Source of the DNA: Myxococcota bacterium
GTDB taxonomy: Bacteria > Myxococcota_A > UBA796 > UBA2385
Length of the DNA: 64,000 nucleotides
NCBI GenBank assembly: GCA_044344255.1
Contig: JBIJDH010000022.1
Span: forward strand, 76,044 to 140,043
Direction of reading: 5' to 3'
The notes beneath the pieces were generated by a model, which saw only the letters and a list, made by a program, of their open reading frames with translations, did no database searches and was not told the origin of the DNA. The position numbers were made by a program, and so were the translations under genes. Shown in pieces: positions 12,416-22,265 of the stretch (positions within the stretch are counted from its first letter, which is position 1; every line of letters starts with the position of its first letter).

Positions 12416-13915
12416 ATGAGCGCCTTTGACGGTCGTGCCCTCCGCCAGCACGCCGCGATCGAGGCCGACGTCGTGGTCGTGGGCAGCGGCCCCGCAGGCT
12501 CCGCCGCGGCGCGCGTGCTCGCCCAGGGCGGCGCGAAGGTGGTCGTCCTCGAGGCCGGCCCGCGGGTCGCCCCCGCCGACTCCGCGCTCAGCGCCTTCGC
12601 CTCGATGGCCGCGACCTACCGCGGCCTCGGCGCCACGCTGGCCCTCGGGCGGGCCGCCACCCCCCTCGTCCAAGGCAAGATGGTGGGCGGGAGCTCCCCC
12701 ATCAACGGGGCGATCTGCTGGCGCCTGCCCCGCGACGTCTACGAGGAGTGGCGGCAGGCAGACCCCGCCCTCCAAGACGAGCTCCCCTGGGAGGCGCTCG
12801 AGGCCGTCACCAATGAGGTGGAGGCGCGGCTCGACGTCGCTCCCACCGACCCCGCCGTCGCCGGGCGCAAGAACACGCTGATGGCCCAAGGAGCCGAGGC
12901 CCTCGGCCTCGCGCACCGCCCGATCCGCCGCAACGTCCAGGGATGCGAGGGCCTCGGCCGCTGCTTGCAGGGCTGCCCCGCAGGCCACAAGCGCTCCGCC
13001 GACCAGACCCTCCTCGCCGACGCCGAAGAAGCGGGGGCCGCGGTCTACGCCTCCGTGGAGGCCCGCGCGGTCACGGTGCGGCGCGGGCGGGCCACCGAGG
13101 TCGTGGCAGAGGCCGCCGGGGGCGCCAGGCTCCGCGTCTCGGCCCGCCACGCCGTCGTCCTCGCCGCGAGCGCCGTGCAGACCCCCGCCCTGCTCTTAGA
13201 GAGCGGCATCCGCCACGGCCCCGTCGGTGAGGGCTTCCAGGGCCACCCGGGGGTGTCGATGGCGGGGCGCTTCGCCGAGCCCGTACGCATGTGGGAGGGA
13301 GCCACCCAAGGCCACGAGGTCACGGGCCTCCGCGGAGAGGGCCTGAAGTTCGAGGCCCTCGGCTTCGACCTCACCCTGCTCGCGGCCCGCCTGCAGGGGT
13401 CCGGCAGCGCCTTCGCGGCCCGCCTGACCGACCTCGACCACTGGCTCGAGTGGGGGGCCGCCGTGCGCTCCACCGCGCGCGGGCGGGTGCGGGTGCTCTT
13501 CGGCCAGACCCTCGTGACATGGAGCCCCACGGCGCTCGACCTCGCCCGCTACCGCCGCGGCCTTCGTGTGCTGGGCGAGCTGATGTTCGCGGCGGGGGCC
13601 GAGTCGGTCGCGCCGGGCCTCCGCGGCTTCCCGCACCGGCTCGACCACCCGAGCGCGCTCCGCGCCCTCGAGACCGACGGCCCAGAGAGCGCCGCGGCCT
13701 ACCCCGCCGTCATCACGCACATGTTCGGCACCTGCAGAATGGGCACCGCCCCCCGCCGCTCGGTCGTGCGCCTCGACACCCGCCACCACGTCGTGGAGGG
13801 CCTCTACGTCGCCGACTCCAGCATCTTCCCCACCAACATCGGGGTCAACCCGCAGATCCCGATCATGGCCCTGGCCACGCTCTCCGCCCGCCACGTGCTG
13901 GCTCGGGCCCTCTGA
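12416..13915 (+). CDS. GMC-family FAD oxidoreductase
   Basis: VVVVGSGPAG, VVLEAG, GKMVGGSSPING, CEGLGRCLQGCP, HMFGTCRMG and DSSIFPTNIGVNPQIPIMALA. Confidence 0.92.
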   Translation: MSAFDGRALRQHAAIEADVVVVGSGPAGSAAARVLAQGGAKVVVLEAGPRVAPADSALSAFASMAATYRGLGATLALGRAATPLVQGKMVGGSSPINGAICWRLPRDVYEEWRQADPALQDELPWEALEAVTNEVEARLDVAPTDPAVAGRKNTLMAQGAEALGLAHRPIRRNVQGCEGLGRCLQGCPAGHKRSADQTLLADAEEAGAAVYASVEARAVTVRRGRATEVVAEAAGGARLRVSARHAVVLAASAVQTPALLLESGIRHGPVGEGFQGHPGVSMAGRFAEPVRMWEGATQGHEVTGLRGEGLKFEALGFDLTLLAARLQGSGSAFAARLTDLDHWLEWGAAVRSTARGRVRVLFGQTLVTWSPTALDLARYRRGLRVLGELMFAAGAESVAPGLRGFPHRLDHPSALRALETDGPESAAAYPAVITHMFGTCRMGTAPRRSVVRLDTRHHVVEGLYVADSSIFPTNIGVNPQIPIMALATLSARHVLARAL

Positions 13916-13968
13916 GCCCCCCGCCGAGGCTCGGCGTCGGCTACGCTCGCGGATGGAGGGCGCCCGCG

Positions 13969-14682
13969 ATGCGCGACTCAGGGAGAGGCAGCGCACGGCC
14001 CCCGCTCTTCCGCCGCCTGCCCGCCCCCGCCTCCCTCGACGAGCTGCGCGAACGCGCCGCGCTCATCGGCGGGCGCAGCCTCGCCGCCCTCGCCTGGGAG
14101 CTCGGCGCCACCGCGCCCGACGACCTCCGCCGCCACAAGGGCTGGGTGGGCCAGCTCATCGAGGCCGCCCTCGGGGCCCCGGGCGGCGGCGCGCCCACGC
14201 CCGACCTCGCCGGTCTCGGCGTCGAGCTCAAGACCATCCCCATCGACGCGGAGGGCCGCCCGCTCGAGTCGACCTGGGTCTGCTCGGCGCCGATGGACGG
14301 CTCGATGGAGCCCACCTGGGCGGGCTCCCACGTGCGCCAGAAGCTCGCGAAGGTGCTGTGGGTGCCCATCCTCACCGAGCCTGGGGCGCCGCCGGCCGCC
14401 CGCCGGGTGGGAGAGGCCCGCCTCTGGAGCCCGAGCCCCGCCGAGGAGGCCCTCCTCCAGGCCGACTGGGAGGAGCTGGCCGAGATCATCGCCCGCGGCG
14501 AGCGCTGGCTGCTCCGGGCCGACCGCGGCCGCGTGCTCCAGCTCCGCCCCAAGGCCGCCAACCGGGAGGACAAGGTCTGGGTCGTCGATGAGGAGGGCCG
14601 CTGGATCACCGCCGTGCCCCAGGGCTTCTATCTGCGCAGCCGCTTCACCGCGGACCTCCTCACCACCCTGCGCGACCGGTAG
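13969..14682 (+). CDS. mutH: MutH-family (Sau3AI-like) endonuclease
   Basis: KGWVGQLIEAALGA, PDLAGLGVELKTIPID (PD..ExK), WSPSPAEEALLQADWEEL, LQLRPKAAN and GFYLR match MutH motifs. Confidence 0.88.
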   Translation: MRDSGRGSARPPLFRRLPAPASLDELRERAALIGGRSLAALAWELGATAPDDLRRHKGWVGQLIEAALGAPGGGAPTPDLAGLGVELKTIPIDAEGRPLESTWVCSAPMDGSMEPTWAGSHVRQKLAKVLWVPILTEPGAPPAARRVGEARLWSPSPAEEALLQADWEELAEIIARGERWLLRADRGRVLQLRPKAANREDKVWVVDEEGRWITAVPQGFYLRSRFTADLLTTLRDR

Positions 14683-14685
14683 GCT

Positions 14686-15672
14686 GTGGGAATGCACGCC
14701 ACCGACGCCGACCCGCCCTCCGCCCTCCGCGTCGCGATCACGGGGGCCACGGGCTTCCTCGGCGGGCACACCACCCTCGCCCTCCAAGCGGCGGGGCACA
14801 CGGTCACCGGGGTGGTGCGACGACCGGAGGCCGGGGGCTGGCTCTCGGAGCGGGGCGTGGCGCTGCGGTCTGCCGACCTCCGCGACGAGGCCTCGCTCCG
14901 CCGCGCCTTCGAGGGCTGCGCGGTGGTGGTCGCCAACGCCGCGATGAGCTCCTACACCGGCAGCCTCGAGGAGATGGTGCGCACCAACGTGTCGGGCACC
15001 GAGGCCACGCTGCGGGCCGCCGCCGCGGCGGGTGTAGAGCGGGTGGTCTACATCTCCACGGTCGGCCTCTATGAGACCACCACCCGGCACCCGATGGGCG
15101 AGGATCAGCCCCGCTACGGCCCGGTCAAGCGGTGGTTCGCCTGGTCACACCTGACGACCGACTGGCGCTACTCGGTGTCGAAGGGCCTCGCGGAGGACCG
15201 CGCCTGGGCGGTGGCGGCCGAGCTCGGCCTGAGGGTGACGGTGCTGCGCCCCGGGCCCATCTACGGCTCGCGCGACCCCAAGTGGACCGCCCGCCTCCTC
15301 CGCCAGCACGCGCGGCGCGTCACCTTCGCCCCCACGCTCGGGGTGCCGCTCATCCACGCCGGGGACGTGGCCGCCTGCGTGGTCGCCGCGGTGGAGCGCC
15401 CGGGCTGCGCCGGTCGCCCGTACAACATCGCCGGGCCGCCGGTCTCCCCCTACACCGCCCTCCGCCTGCTGCGGGCCTTGAGCGGGCGGGGGCCGCTCCT
15501 CATCCCGGTGCCGGTCCCCCTCTCGGTCCGCTACGACACCCGCGCCGCCGAGGTCGCCCTCGGCCTCCGCTGCCGGAGCCTCGAGGCGGGCCTCCGTGAA
15601 GTGCTGGAGCCGCTCCCCGCCGCCCCGCGACCGGGCGGGGCCGTTGGACCAAACCAAGCGCGGCAGCTATAA
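14686..15672 (+). CDS. NAD-dependent epimerase/dehydratase (extended SDR)
   Basis: TGATGFLG, NVSGT, YISTVGLY, YSVSK (YxxxK) and LRPGPIYG. Confidence 0.9.
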   Translation: MGMHATDADPPSALRVAITGATGFLGGHTTLALQAAGHTVTGVVRRPEAGGWLSERGVALRSADLRDEASLRRAFEGCAVVVANAAMSSYTGSLEEMVRTNVSGTEATLRAAAAAGVERVVYISTVGLYETTTRHPMGEDQPRYGPVKRWFAWSHLTTDWRYSVSKGLAEDRAWAVAAELGLRVTVLRPGPIYGSRDPKWTARLLRQHARRVTFAPTLGVPLIHAGDVAACVVAAVERPGCAGRPYNIAGPPVSPYTALRLLRALSGRGPLLIPVPVPLSVRYDTRAAEVALGLRCRSLEAGLREVLEPLPAAPRPGGAVGPNQARQL

Positions 15673-18588
15673 ATGCCCCCGGACGGCGACGCCTCGGCGA
15701 GAGACCCCCGCCGCCCTCGACGCCCCCCCATAGGCGCCCCCCTCCGCACGGGTCCCACCGGAATGGCCCTCCTCCCGCCCTCTCCCTCGCTGACCGAGCA
15801 CCTCTCCCTACAGTCCAAGGTCGGTGAGGGCCGCCTGGGCGCGGTCTGGCGGGCCTTCCACCGGGAGACCGGCCAGCCCGTCGCCCTCCGCGTCGTCTCG
15901 GACGCCGGGCTGGTCGATGACCGCCTCCGCCTCGCCTGGTGGCGAGAGATCCGCCAGGGCCTGACCACGCTCCACCCCTACCTCTGCACCACCTACGGCG
16001 GCGGTGTGCTCTCCGCCGACGACGCCCGGCGGACGCGGCTGCCCGAGGGCTCCCTGTGGATGGCGACCGAGTGGCTCGAGGGGCCCTCCCTGTACGGGCA
16101 GCGGCTCCCCACGCTGGAGGCCGCCCCCATCATCTCGGCGGTCCTCCGCGGCCTCGCCCACCTGCACGCCCGTGGCCTCCGCCACGGCGCCGTGCGCCTC
16201 GCCAACCTCCGCCGCCCGGGCCCCGGCGCCTTGCCGCGCCTCTGTGACGCCGGCATGGACCGAATCGAGGCGGTCATCCACGAGGGCGGCGACCTCGGCA
16301 GCATCCAGGGCCCCGTGCTGACCGACCTCCAGGCGACGGCCGAGCTCGTCGCCAACCTCATCCCGAGCCCGCGCAGCCCGGCGATCGAGCAGTGGATCAC
16401 CACCGCCCGCGGCAGCCGCAGCCGACGGCCGTTCACCCACGCCGCCGACGCCCGCCTCGCCTGGGAGGCCGCCGTGGGGCCAGCCGGCCGAGCGCCCGAC
16501 CGCAGCAGCCGCTCCCTGCCACGGCCGCTCCGCCTCGGGAGCCAGGAGCGCCCCTGGCCCTTGATCGGCCGGAAGACCGAGCAGGACGCGCTCATCGCCG
16601 CGCTCCGCCGCGTCCGCGCCGAGGGGCGGCCCCGGGCCGTCGTCGTCCTCGGCGCGCCCGGCGTGGGTCGCACCGCGCTCGTCCACGCGCTCTCCGTTCA
16701 GTCCGACGAGCAGGGCTTCGCGCGCTCCCTCATCGCCTTCCACGGCCCGATCACGACGCGCTCGCACGGCCTCACCGGCATGATCGCGCGCTTCCTCGCC
16801 ACCGACGGCATGGCCCCGCCCCTCTCCACCATCCGCGCCGAGTCCCGCCTCGCTGACCTCGGCATCGAGGAGGAGATGATCCGGCGCTTCGTCCCGATGT
16901 GGGTGGAGGACGGGCGCGGCGCGATGCCCGTGAGCCCGGTCGAGCAGACCGACCTCCTGCTCAGCCTCATCAGCCGCCTCGCCGCCGACAAGCCCGTCGT
17001 CATCCGCCTCGACGAGGCCCACTGGAGCCTCGAGGCCCTCGACTTCGCCGAGCAGCTCCTCTCCCGCGCCGGTGAGCTCAACCTGCCGGTCCTCCTGCTC
17101 ATCACGGTTCGCTCCGATCTCCTCTCCAAGCGGCCCGCCGAGGCCGAGCGGGTCGACCGCCTCCGCGCCCGCCCCGAGTGTGAGACGCTCGTGCTCGAGC
17201 CCCTCGATGCGGAGGCCCAGAAGGGCATCCTCGAGGAGCTGCTGCTGTTCAGCGGGCCCACCGCCCGGCGGCTCTCCGAGGCCGCGCAGGGGAGCCCCCT
17301 CTACCTCCACGCGCTCGTGGCCGAGCTCCGCCGCCAGGGGGCGCTCACCCAGCAGATCAGCGGCACCTGGGCCCGCGTGGACGACTCCGCTCCCCTGCCC
17401 GCCGATCTCGCCCAGATCTGGGAGCAGCGCCTCTCCCATCTCCTCGACGAGCTCGCCCCCGATCAGTCCGACGCCGTTGAGCTCGCCGCGGTCCTCGGCG
17501 GCCTGGTCGACCCCCACGAGTGGCGAGAGGTCTGCGCCAATGAGGGGGTCTCGGTAGACCCCGGCCTCGCCGAGATGCTGCTCCACCTCGACCTCGCCAC
17601 CCCCCTCTCCCGCGGCGCGCCGGGGGCCTGGTACTTCAGCCACGGCCTCGTCGTCCGCGCGATCATCCACCGCGCCGTGCGCCGCGGCAAGCTGGCCGAC
17701 CACCACCGCGCCGTCGCCCGCACCCTCGAGGCGCAGGTCGAAGACAAGAGCCCCCTCCGTCAGCTCCGGCGCTTCCGACATCGCCTCGCCGCCGGTGAGC
17801 TCGACGCCGTCTTCCCGGCCGCCCTCCGCCAGGCCCGCGACCACCTCACCGGCGGGCTGCTCCGCCCGGGCCTCGAGCTCACCGACCTCCTCTCCCGCGC
17901 GGTCGAGGCCACCGAGGGGCCGAAGCAGGCCGAGCGCCGCGCCTGGATCCAGACCCTCCTCGCCGAGGCCCGCCTCGTAGAGGGCCGCCCCGACGAGGCC
18001 GCCATCCTCCTGCACCGCACCGAGATCACGGCGCGGGCCCAGGGCTGGACCCACCTCCTCGTGCTCACCCTGCTGCTGCGGGTTCGGGCCGACCGCGCCG
18101 ACCGTGACGGCGACGCAGCGCGGGAGCGCCTCGCCGAGGCCGACCGCCTCCTCCAGCCCTCCGGCCCCTCCTGGCTCCGCGCCCGCACCCGCATGGCGGC
18201 GGCGCGCCAGGCCATGGCCCACGAGGACTGGGAGCAGGCCGCCGACGAGCTCGCCGAGGCCATCCCCCTCTGGGAGGAGGCCGGCGAGGCGACCGGCCTC
18301 GGCCAGTGCTGGCTCGACCTCTCCCGCCTCGCCTGGGTGGGCGGAGACCCCGCCGCGGCTCGCCGCTGGCGAGAGGCGGCCCAGCGCCACTTCGAGGCCT
18401 CCGGCGCCTGGCTGGGCCTCGCCGAGGTGCGCACTGTGGCGGGAGATCAGCTCCGCCTGCAGGGCGACCTCGCCGGGGCCCGGGCCTCCTACGCCGCCGC
18501 CCTCCGCCTCGCTGACACCATTGGGATCCCGGGCCTCTTCGAGGCGGAGGTCGGCCGCGCCCTGCTGGCCCTGTCTTCCGCAGAGTGA
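15673..18588 (+). CDS. Pseudokinase + AAA/STAND-like NTPase + TPR protein
   Basis: Kinase-like N-terminus (GEGRLGAVW, VALR, HGAVRLAN, LCDAG), P-loop-like GAPGVGRT, Walker B VIRLDEAHW, GSPLYL and helical repeats at the C-terminus. Start may be 15763. Confidence 0.8.
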   Translation: MPPDGDASARDPRRPRRPPIGAPLRTGPTGMALLPPSPSLTEHLSLQSKVGEGRLGAVWRAFHRETGQPVALRVVSDAGLVDDRLRLAWWREIRQGLTTLHPYLCTTYGGGVLSADDARRTRLPEGSLWMATEWLEGPSLYGQRLPTLEAAPIISAVLRGLAHLHARGLRHGAVRLANLRRPGPGALPRLCDAGMDRIEAVIHEGGDLGSIQGPVLTDLQATAELVANLIPSPRSPAIEQWITTARGSRSRRPFTHAADARLAWEAAVGPAGRAPDRSSRSLPRPLRLGSQERPWPLIGRKTEQDALIAALRRVRAEGRPRAVVVLGAPGVGRTALVHALSVQSDEQGFARSLIAFHGPITTRSHGLTGMIARFLATDGMAPPLSTIRAESRLADLGIEEEMIRRFVPMWVEDGRGAMPVSPVEQTDLLLSLISRLAADKPVVIRLDEAHWSLEALDFAEQLLSRAGELNLPVLLLITVRSDLLSKRPAEAERVDRLRARPECETLVLEPLDAEAQKGILEELLLFSGPTARRLSEAAQGSPLYLHALVAELRRQGALTQQISGTWARVDDSAPLPADLAQIWEQRLSHLLDELAPDQSDAVELAAVLGGLVDPHEWREVCANEGVSVDPGLAEMLLHLDLATPLSRGAPGAWYFSHGLVVRAIIHRAVRRGKLADHHRAVARTLEAQVEDKSPLRQLRRFRHRLAAGELDAVFPAALRQARDHLTGGLLRPGLELTDLLSRAVEATEGPKQAERRAWIQTLLAEARLVEGRPDEAAILLHRTEITARAQGWTHLLVLTLLLRVRADRADRDGDAARERLAEADRLLQPSGPSWLRARTRMAAARQAMAHEDWEQAADELAEAIPLWEEAGEATGLGQCWLDLSRLAWVGGDPAAARRWREAAQRHFEASGAWLGLAEVRTVAGDQLRLQGDLAGARASYAAALRLADTIGIPGLFEAEVGRALLALSSAE

Positions 18589-20435
18589 GTGAAGAGCCGC
18601 AAGACGCCGGTCCCCTGGCGCCCGGCGCTGAGCTCGGCCGCTTCCGCGTGGTGGAGCTCGTGGGGGAAGGCGCGATGGCGCGGGTGTACCGGGTGCGCCA
18701 CCGCGCCCTCAGCACCGAGCACGCCGTCAAGCTGCTGCGGAGCGCCGATCCGTCCCTCCGCCAGCGCCTCCTCCAGGAGGCCCGTGTCCAGGCGCGCATC
18801 CGCCACGACCACGTCGTCGCGGTCACCGACGTCCTCGAGCACGAGGGCCTGCCCGCCATTGTCATGGAGTACGTGGCCGGCCGCTCGCTCGACCGCCGTC
18901 TCCACGAGGACGGCCCGCTGCCGCTCGACGTGGCCCGCCGTGTCTTCTCCGAGGTGCTCGACGCGGTGGGCGCCGCCCACGCGGCGGGCGTGCTCCACCG
19001 CGACCTCAAGCCGGGCAACGTCCTCCTCGCGGAAGAGGGCGAGCGCCTCATCGCGAAGGTCACCGACTTCGGCATCGCCAAGCTCGTCGCGGCCCCGGTC
19101 CGCGCCGACGAGACCCGCCACGGCGCCGCGATGGGCACCCCCGGCTACATGGCCCCCGAGCAGTGGGCCGACGCCCACTCTGTCGACGTCCGGGCCGACG
19201 TCTTCGGGCTCGGCGCGCTCTTCTACGAGTCGCTGACCGGCAAGACCCCCTTCGTCGGTCCGAGCCTCTTTACGGTGATGAAGCGCACCCTCGCGGGCGA
19301 ACACGCGCCCCTCCGCGAGGGGCGCCCGGACTGCCCCCCCGCGCTGGCGGAGGCCATCGAGCGGGCCCTTCGCCCCTCCCCCGAGGCGCGGTACCCCGAC
19401 GTCGCCGCCTTCCGTCGGGCGCTCGAGGCCGCGTGGACCCAGCCCGACGTCCCCACCGAGGCCCCCGCCACGGCCCCCGAGCCCGTGGCCGAGACACCCC
19501 AGCCTGAGACCCTCCAGCCTGAGACACTCCAGCCCGAGGCGCTCGAGCCCGAGGCGCTCGAGCCCGAGCCACCCCAGCCCGAGCCTCCCGCTCGCGCGCG
19601 CCGGCCGCGCAGCCCGCTTTGGCTGGGCCTCTTTGTGCTGCCGATCGGGCTGTTGGTCTTCGCCGGCCTCTCCGCCGCCGGGGTCGCCGCCTGGTGGTGG
19701 AAGGGGGCGAGCCCGGTCCGCCGAGCCGCCGAGCCGATCGAGCCTCCCCCACCCCTCGCAGCGCCCGCGCCCCCAACCCCGGTGGTCTTCATCCCCGCCG
19801 GTGAGCTCCTCCAAGGTGAGGCCGGCCGCCCGGTGAGCGTCGCCGCCTTCCAGCTCGACCGTTGGGAGCTGAGCGTGCTCCGTTACGACGAGTGCCACGC
19901 CGCCGGGGCCTGCAGCCGGCTCGCCGGCCCCGCTCCCACCTCCACCGAGCTGCCCGCTCGCGGCCTCTCTTGGGACCAGGCCTACACGGTCTGCGCCTAC
20001 GAAGGCGGGCGACTGCCCACGGAGGCCGAGTGGGAGCGCGCGGCCGCCACCAGCCCGGAGCCCGGCCCGCGGCGAAGCTGGCCCTGGGGAGAGGCGCCCC
20101 CCGACTGTGAACACGCCCAGCACTCCGCCTGCAGCCCCCCGGGGCCCGTGGTCGTCGACGCCCTGCCCCAGAGCGCCAGCGCCTGGGGGGTCGAGCAGCT
20201 CGCGGGCAACGTCTGGGAGTGGACCGCCAACCGGACCGCCAAGGGCCGCAGGGCCGGGCTCTTTCGCAAGGCCACAGAAGACCGCTACGCCCTCCGCGGC
20301 GGCGACTGGAGCTCGGACCCCGACGAGCTCAGCCCCACCGCCCGCCGATCCGCCGACCACGACGATCACAGCTCCGCCTTCGGGGTGCGCTGCGCCTATG
20401 ATGCCGGGGCCCAGCCCCGCCGGAGCCCCCCTTGA
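18585..20435 (+). CDS. Membrane Ser/Thr protein kinase with C-terminal FGE/SUMF1-like domain
   Basis: GEGAMARVY, AVK, HRDLKPGN, DFGIAK, GTPGYMAPEQ, a TM segment, then RLPTEAEWERAA, LAGNVWEWT, RGGDW and GVRCA. Confidence 0.93.
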   Translation: MSEEPQDAGPLAPGAELGRFRVVELVGEGAMARVYRVRHRALSTEHAVKLLRSADPSLRQRLLQEARVQARIRHDHVVAVTDVLEHEGLPAIVMEYVAGRSLDRRLHEDGPLPLDVARRVFSEVLDAVGAAHAAGVLHRDLKPGNVLLAEEGERLIAKVTDFGIAKLVAAPVRADETRHGAAMGTPGYMAPEQWADAHSVDVRADVFGLGALFYESLTGKTPFVGPSLFTVMKRTLAGEHAPLREGRPDCPPALAEAIERALRPSPEARYPDVAAFRRALEAAWTQPDVPTEAPATAPEPVAETPQPETLQPETLQPEALEPEALEPEPPQPEPPARARRPRSPLWLGLFVLPIGLLVFAGLSAAGVAAWWWKGASPVRRAAEPIEPPPPLAAPAPPTPVVFIPAGELLQGEAGRPVSVAAFQLDRWELSVLRYDECHAAGACSRLAGPAPTSTELPARGLSWDQAYTVCAYEGGRLPTEAEWERAAATSPEPGPRRSWPWGEAPPDCEHAQHSACSPPGPVVVDALPQSASAWGVEQLAGNVWEWTANRTAKGRRAGLFRKATEDRYALRGGDWSSDPDELSPTARRSADHDDHSSAFGVRCAYDAGAQPRRSPP

Positions 20436-20498
20436 GCACTCCTTGAGCACCCCTTGAGCAACCCTCTGCGCCCCCCTTTGAGCCCCCCTTTGAGCCCC
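20430..20498. repeat. Imperfect 11-12 bp tandem repeat (CCTTGAGCAC / CCCCTTTGAGC) over the kinase stop codon and the next start
   Basis: CCTTGAGCA at 20430, 20441 and 20452; CCCCCCTTTGAGC at 20471 and 20483. Confidence 0.75.
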
Positions 20499-21086
20499 AC
20501 TGCCCTCCACCGCTGGATCCCCTGGTCCCTCGTGCTGCTGCGCCTGGTGCTGGCCCCGGTGGCCGTGGCCATCGCGTGGGCCGACCTCCCCCGCGTGATC
20601 TGGCTCGCCCAAGGCGCCGCCGCCGCCCTCTCCGACATCTACGACGGCAAGCTCGCCCGCCGCTGGGGCACCGTCACCCCGGGCCTCCGCCAAGCCGACA
20701 GCGTGGTCGACTCCATCTACGCGGTGGGGGTCGGCGTCAGCTTCCTGATCGCCGAGCCCGAGATCGCCCGCGCCCACGCGCCGGCCATCCTCCTCGTGCT
20801 GGGCCTCGAGCTCGCCCGTTACCCGCTCGACTGGCTGCGCTTCGGCCGCGGCGCGAGCTACCACGCCTGGAGCGCGCGCCTCTTCGGGATCGCGCTCATC
20901 CCGGCCACCTTCTTCGTCATGGGCTTCGGCTGGGCTGGCCCCCTCCTCTGGATCGCCCTCGCCATCGGCGTCTGGTCGGAGCTCGAGGGGGTGGCCATCT
21001 CCCTCGTGCTCCCCCGCTGGACCCACGACGTGCCGCACTTCGGCGCCGCGCTGGCCATCCGCCGCGCCGCGAAGGGCCGCGCGTGA
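20454..21086 (+). CDS. CDP-alcohol phosphatidyltransferase family protein
   Basis: Signature DIYDGKLARRWG...GLRQADSVVD and multiple TM helices. The start lies within a repeat and is uncertain. Confidence 0.85.
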   Translation: MSNPLRPPLSPPLSPTALHRWIPWSLVLLRLVLAPVAVAIAWADLPRVIWLAQGAAAALSDIYDGKLARRWGTVTPGLRQADSVVDSIYAVGVGVSFLIAEPEIARAHAPAILLVLGLELARYPLDWLRFGRGASYHAWSARLFGIALIPATFFVMGFGWAGPLLWIALAIGVWSELEGVAISLVLPRWTHDVPHFGAALAIRRAAKGRA

Positions 21087-21517
21087 GCGTCGGGGCGCGG
21101 CTGCTGGCCCGCTACCGCGCGCTCCCCGAGCTCCCGCGCATGGCCCTCACCGCGCTCCTCGGCGCCCTCACCGGCCTCGTGACCTACGAGATCATCTACC
21201 GGCTCAACCCCTTCGAGCCGCGCGCCACGTCGAGCTGGACGCTCTCCTTCCTGCTCGGGGTGGTCCGCCAGCACGCGCTCCACCGCTCGCTCACCTTCTC
21301 CGGCGAAGCCGAGCGCCGGGGCGCCTACTGGCCGAGCCTCGGCCGGGCCTATGTGCTCTACTCGGGCTCTCTGCTCTGGGGCACCGGCCTCTCCTACGTC
21401 CTCACCGAGGGCCTCGGGCTCCACCACCGCCTGTCCTGGCTGCTCTGCCTCCTGTCCACGGCGGCGATCAGCCTCCTCTTCCTCAAGCGCTTCGTCTTTC
21501 GCCGCTCTGGCCCTTGA
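21083..21517 (+). CDS. GtrA-family membrane protein
   Basis: GTG start overlaps the previous stop; four TM helices, HRSLTF and C-terminal FLKRFVFRR. Confidence 0.75.
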   Translation: MSVGARLLARYRALPELPRMALTALLGALTGLVTYEIIYRLNPFEPRATSSWTLSFLLGVVRQHALHRSLTFSGEAERRGAYWPSLGRAYVLYSGSLLWGTGLSYVLTEGLGLHHRLSWLLCLLSTAAISLLFLKRFVFRRSGP

Positions 21518-22265
21518 GGAGGGGGGCGTCGAGGTCGTGGAGGTCGACCCGCAGGTCACAGGCCTCCGCGTGGCGGCCCACCAGCTCGGCGGCGAGGCGA
21601 TAGGCTGGCCCCACGCGGGCCAGCATCGAGAAGGCTATGTTTCGCCGCGTGAAGGGGTCGCGGTCCCGTTCGATGAAGCGGCGGCGGGCCACCGGGTGGG
21701 GGAGCTCGACGAAGAGGCTCGTATGATCGGGGAAGTGCGGGGCATAGACCGCGCGGGACAGGGTCCCCTCGATGATGAGCACGTCGCCCGGGTGGAGGTC
21801 CCAGCGTAAGGCCGGCGCCGGGCGCGGGTGGGCGAGGTTCCACCAGGCGACCTGAAGCTCCACCGCGGCCGATCTCCCCTCCCCGAGGCGGGCGCGGGCC
21901 TCTCGGAGGCTCTGGACGAAGGCACCGAGCCGCCGCTGGTCCAGGAAGCGCTGCGTCAGCTCGGCCTCCACGGAGGTCGCCGGAGCGCCGGAGAGGGCGA
22001 GGCGGAGGCCGCCGAGGATGGCCCGCGGGCTGCGGATCTGGGGCCCCAGGAACCAGTCGTTCTCGACCACCGCCACCTGCCGCCCCGCTGCCGAGAGGGT
22101 CGCCGACAGGCCGTGAGACAGGGTGGACTTCCCGCAGGCCGGCACCCCGTCGATCAGCAACAGGGCGAGGCCGGGGGCCGCGCGGCGGAGCAGACGCTCG
22201 CAGACCTCCTGCAACATCGAGGCATAGGCGGGCCCGGGGGGCCGCCGCTCCGTGCGCGCGGTCAT
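21483..22265 (-). CDS. Uridine-kinase-like P-loop protein
   Basis: LIDGVPACGKST, VVENDWF, VLIIEG and ARRRFIERD. Confidence 0.65.
   Translation of the reverse strand: MTARTERRPPGPAYASMLQEVCERLLRRAAPGLALLLIDGVPACGKSTLSHGLSATLSAAGRQVAVVENDWFLGPQIRSPRAILGGLRLALSGAPATSVEAELTQRFLDQRRLGAFVQSLREARARLGEGRSAAVELQVAWWNLAHPRPAPALRWDLHPGDVLIIEGTLSRAVYAPHFPDHTSLFVELPHPVARRRFIERDRDPFTRRNIAFSMLARVGPAYRLAAELVGRHAEACDLRVDLHDLDAPLLKGQSGERRSA

Noticed and set aside
15808..21038. Long minus-strand ORFs 15808-18390 and 18489-21038
   Set aside because: Antisense shadows of the kinase genes, with no motifs.
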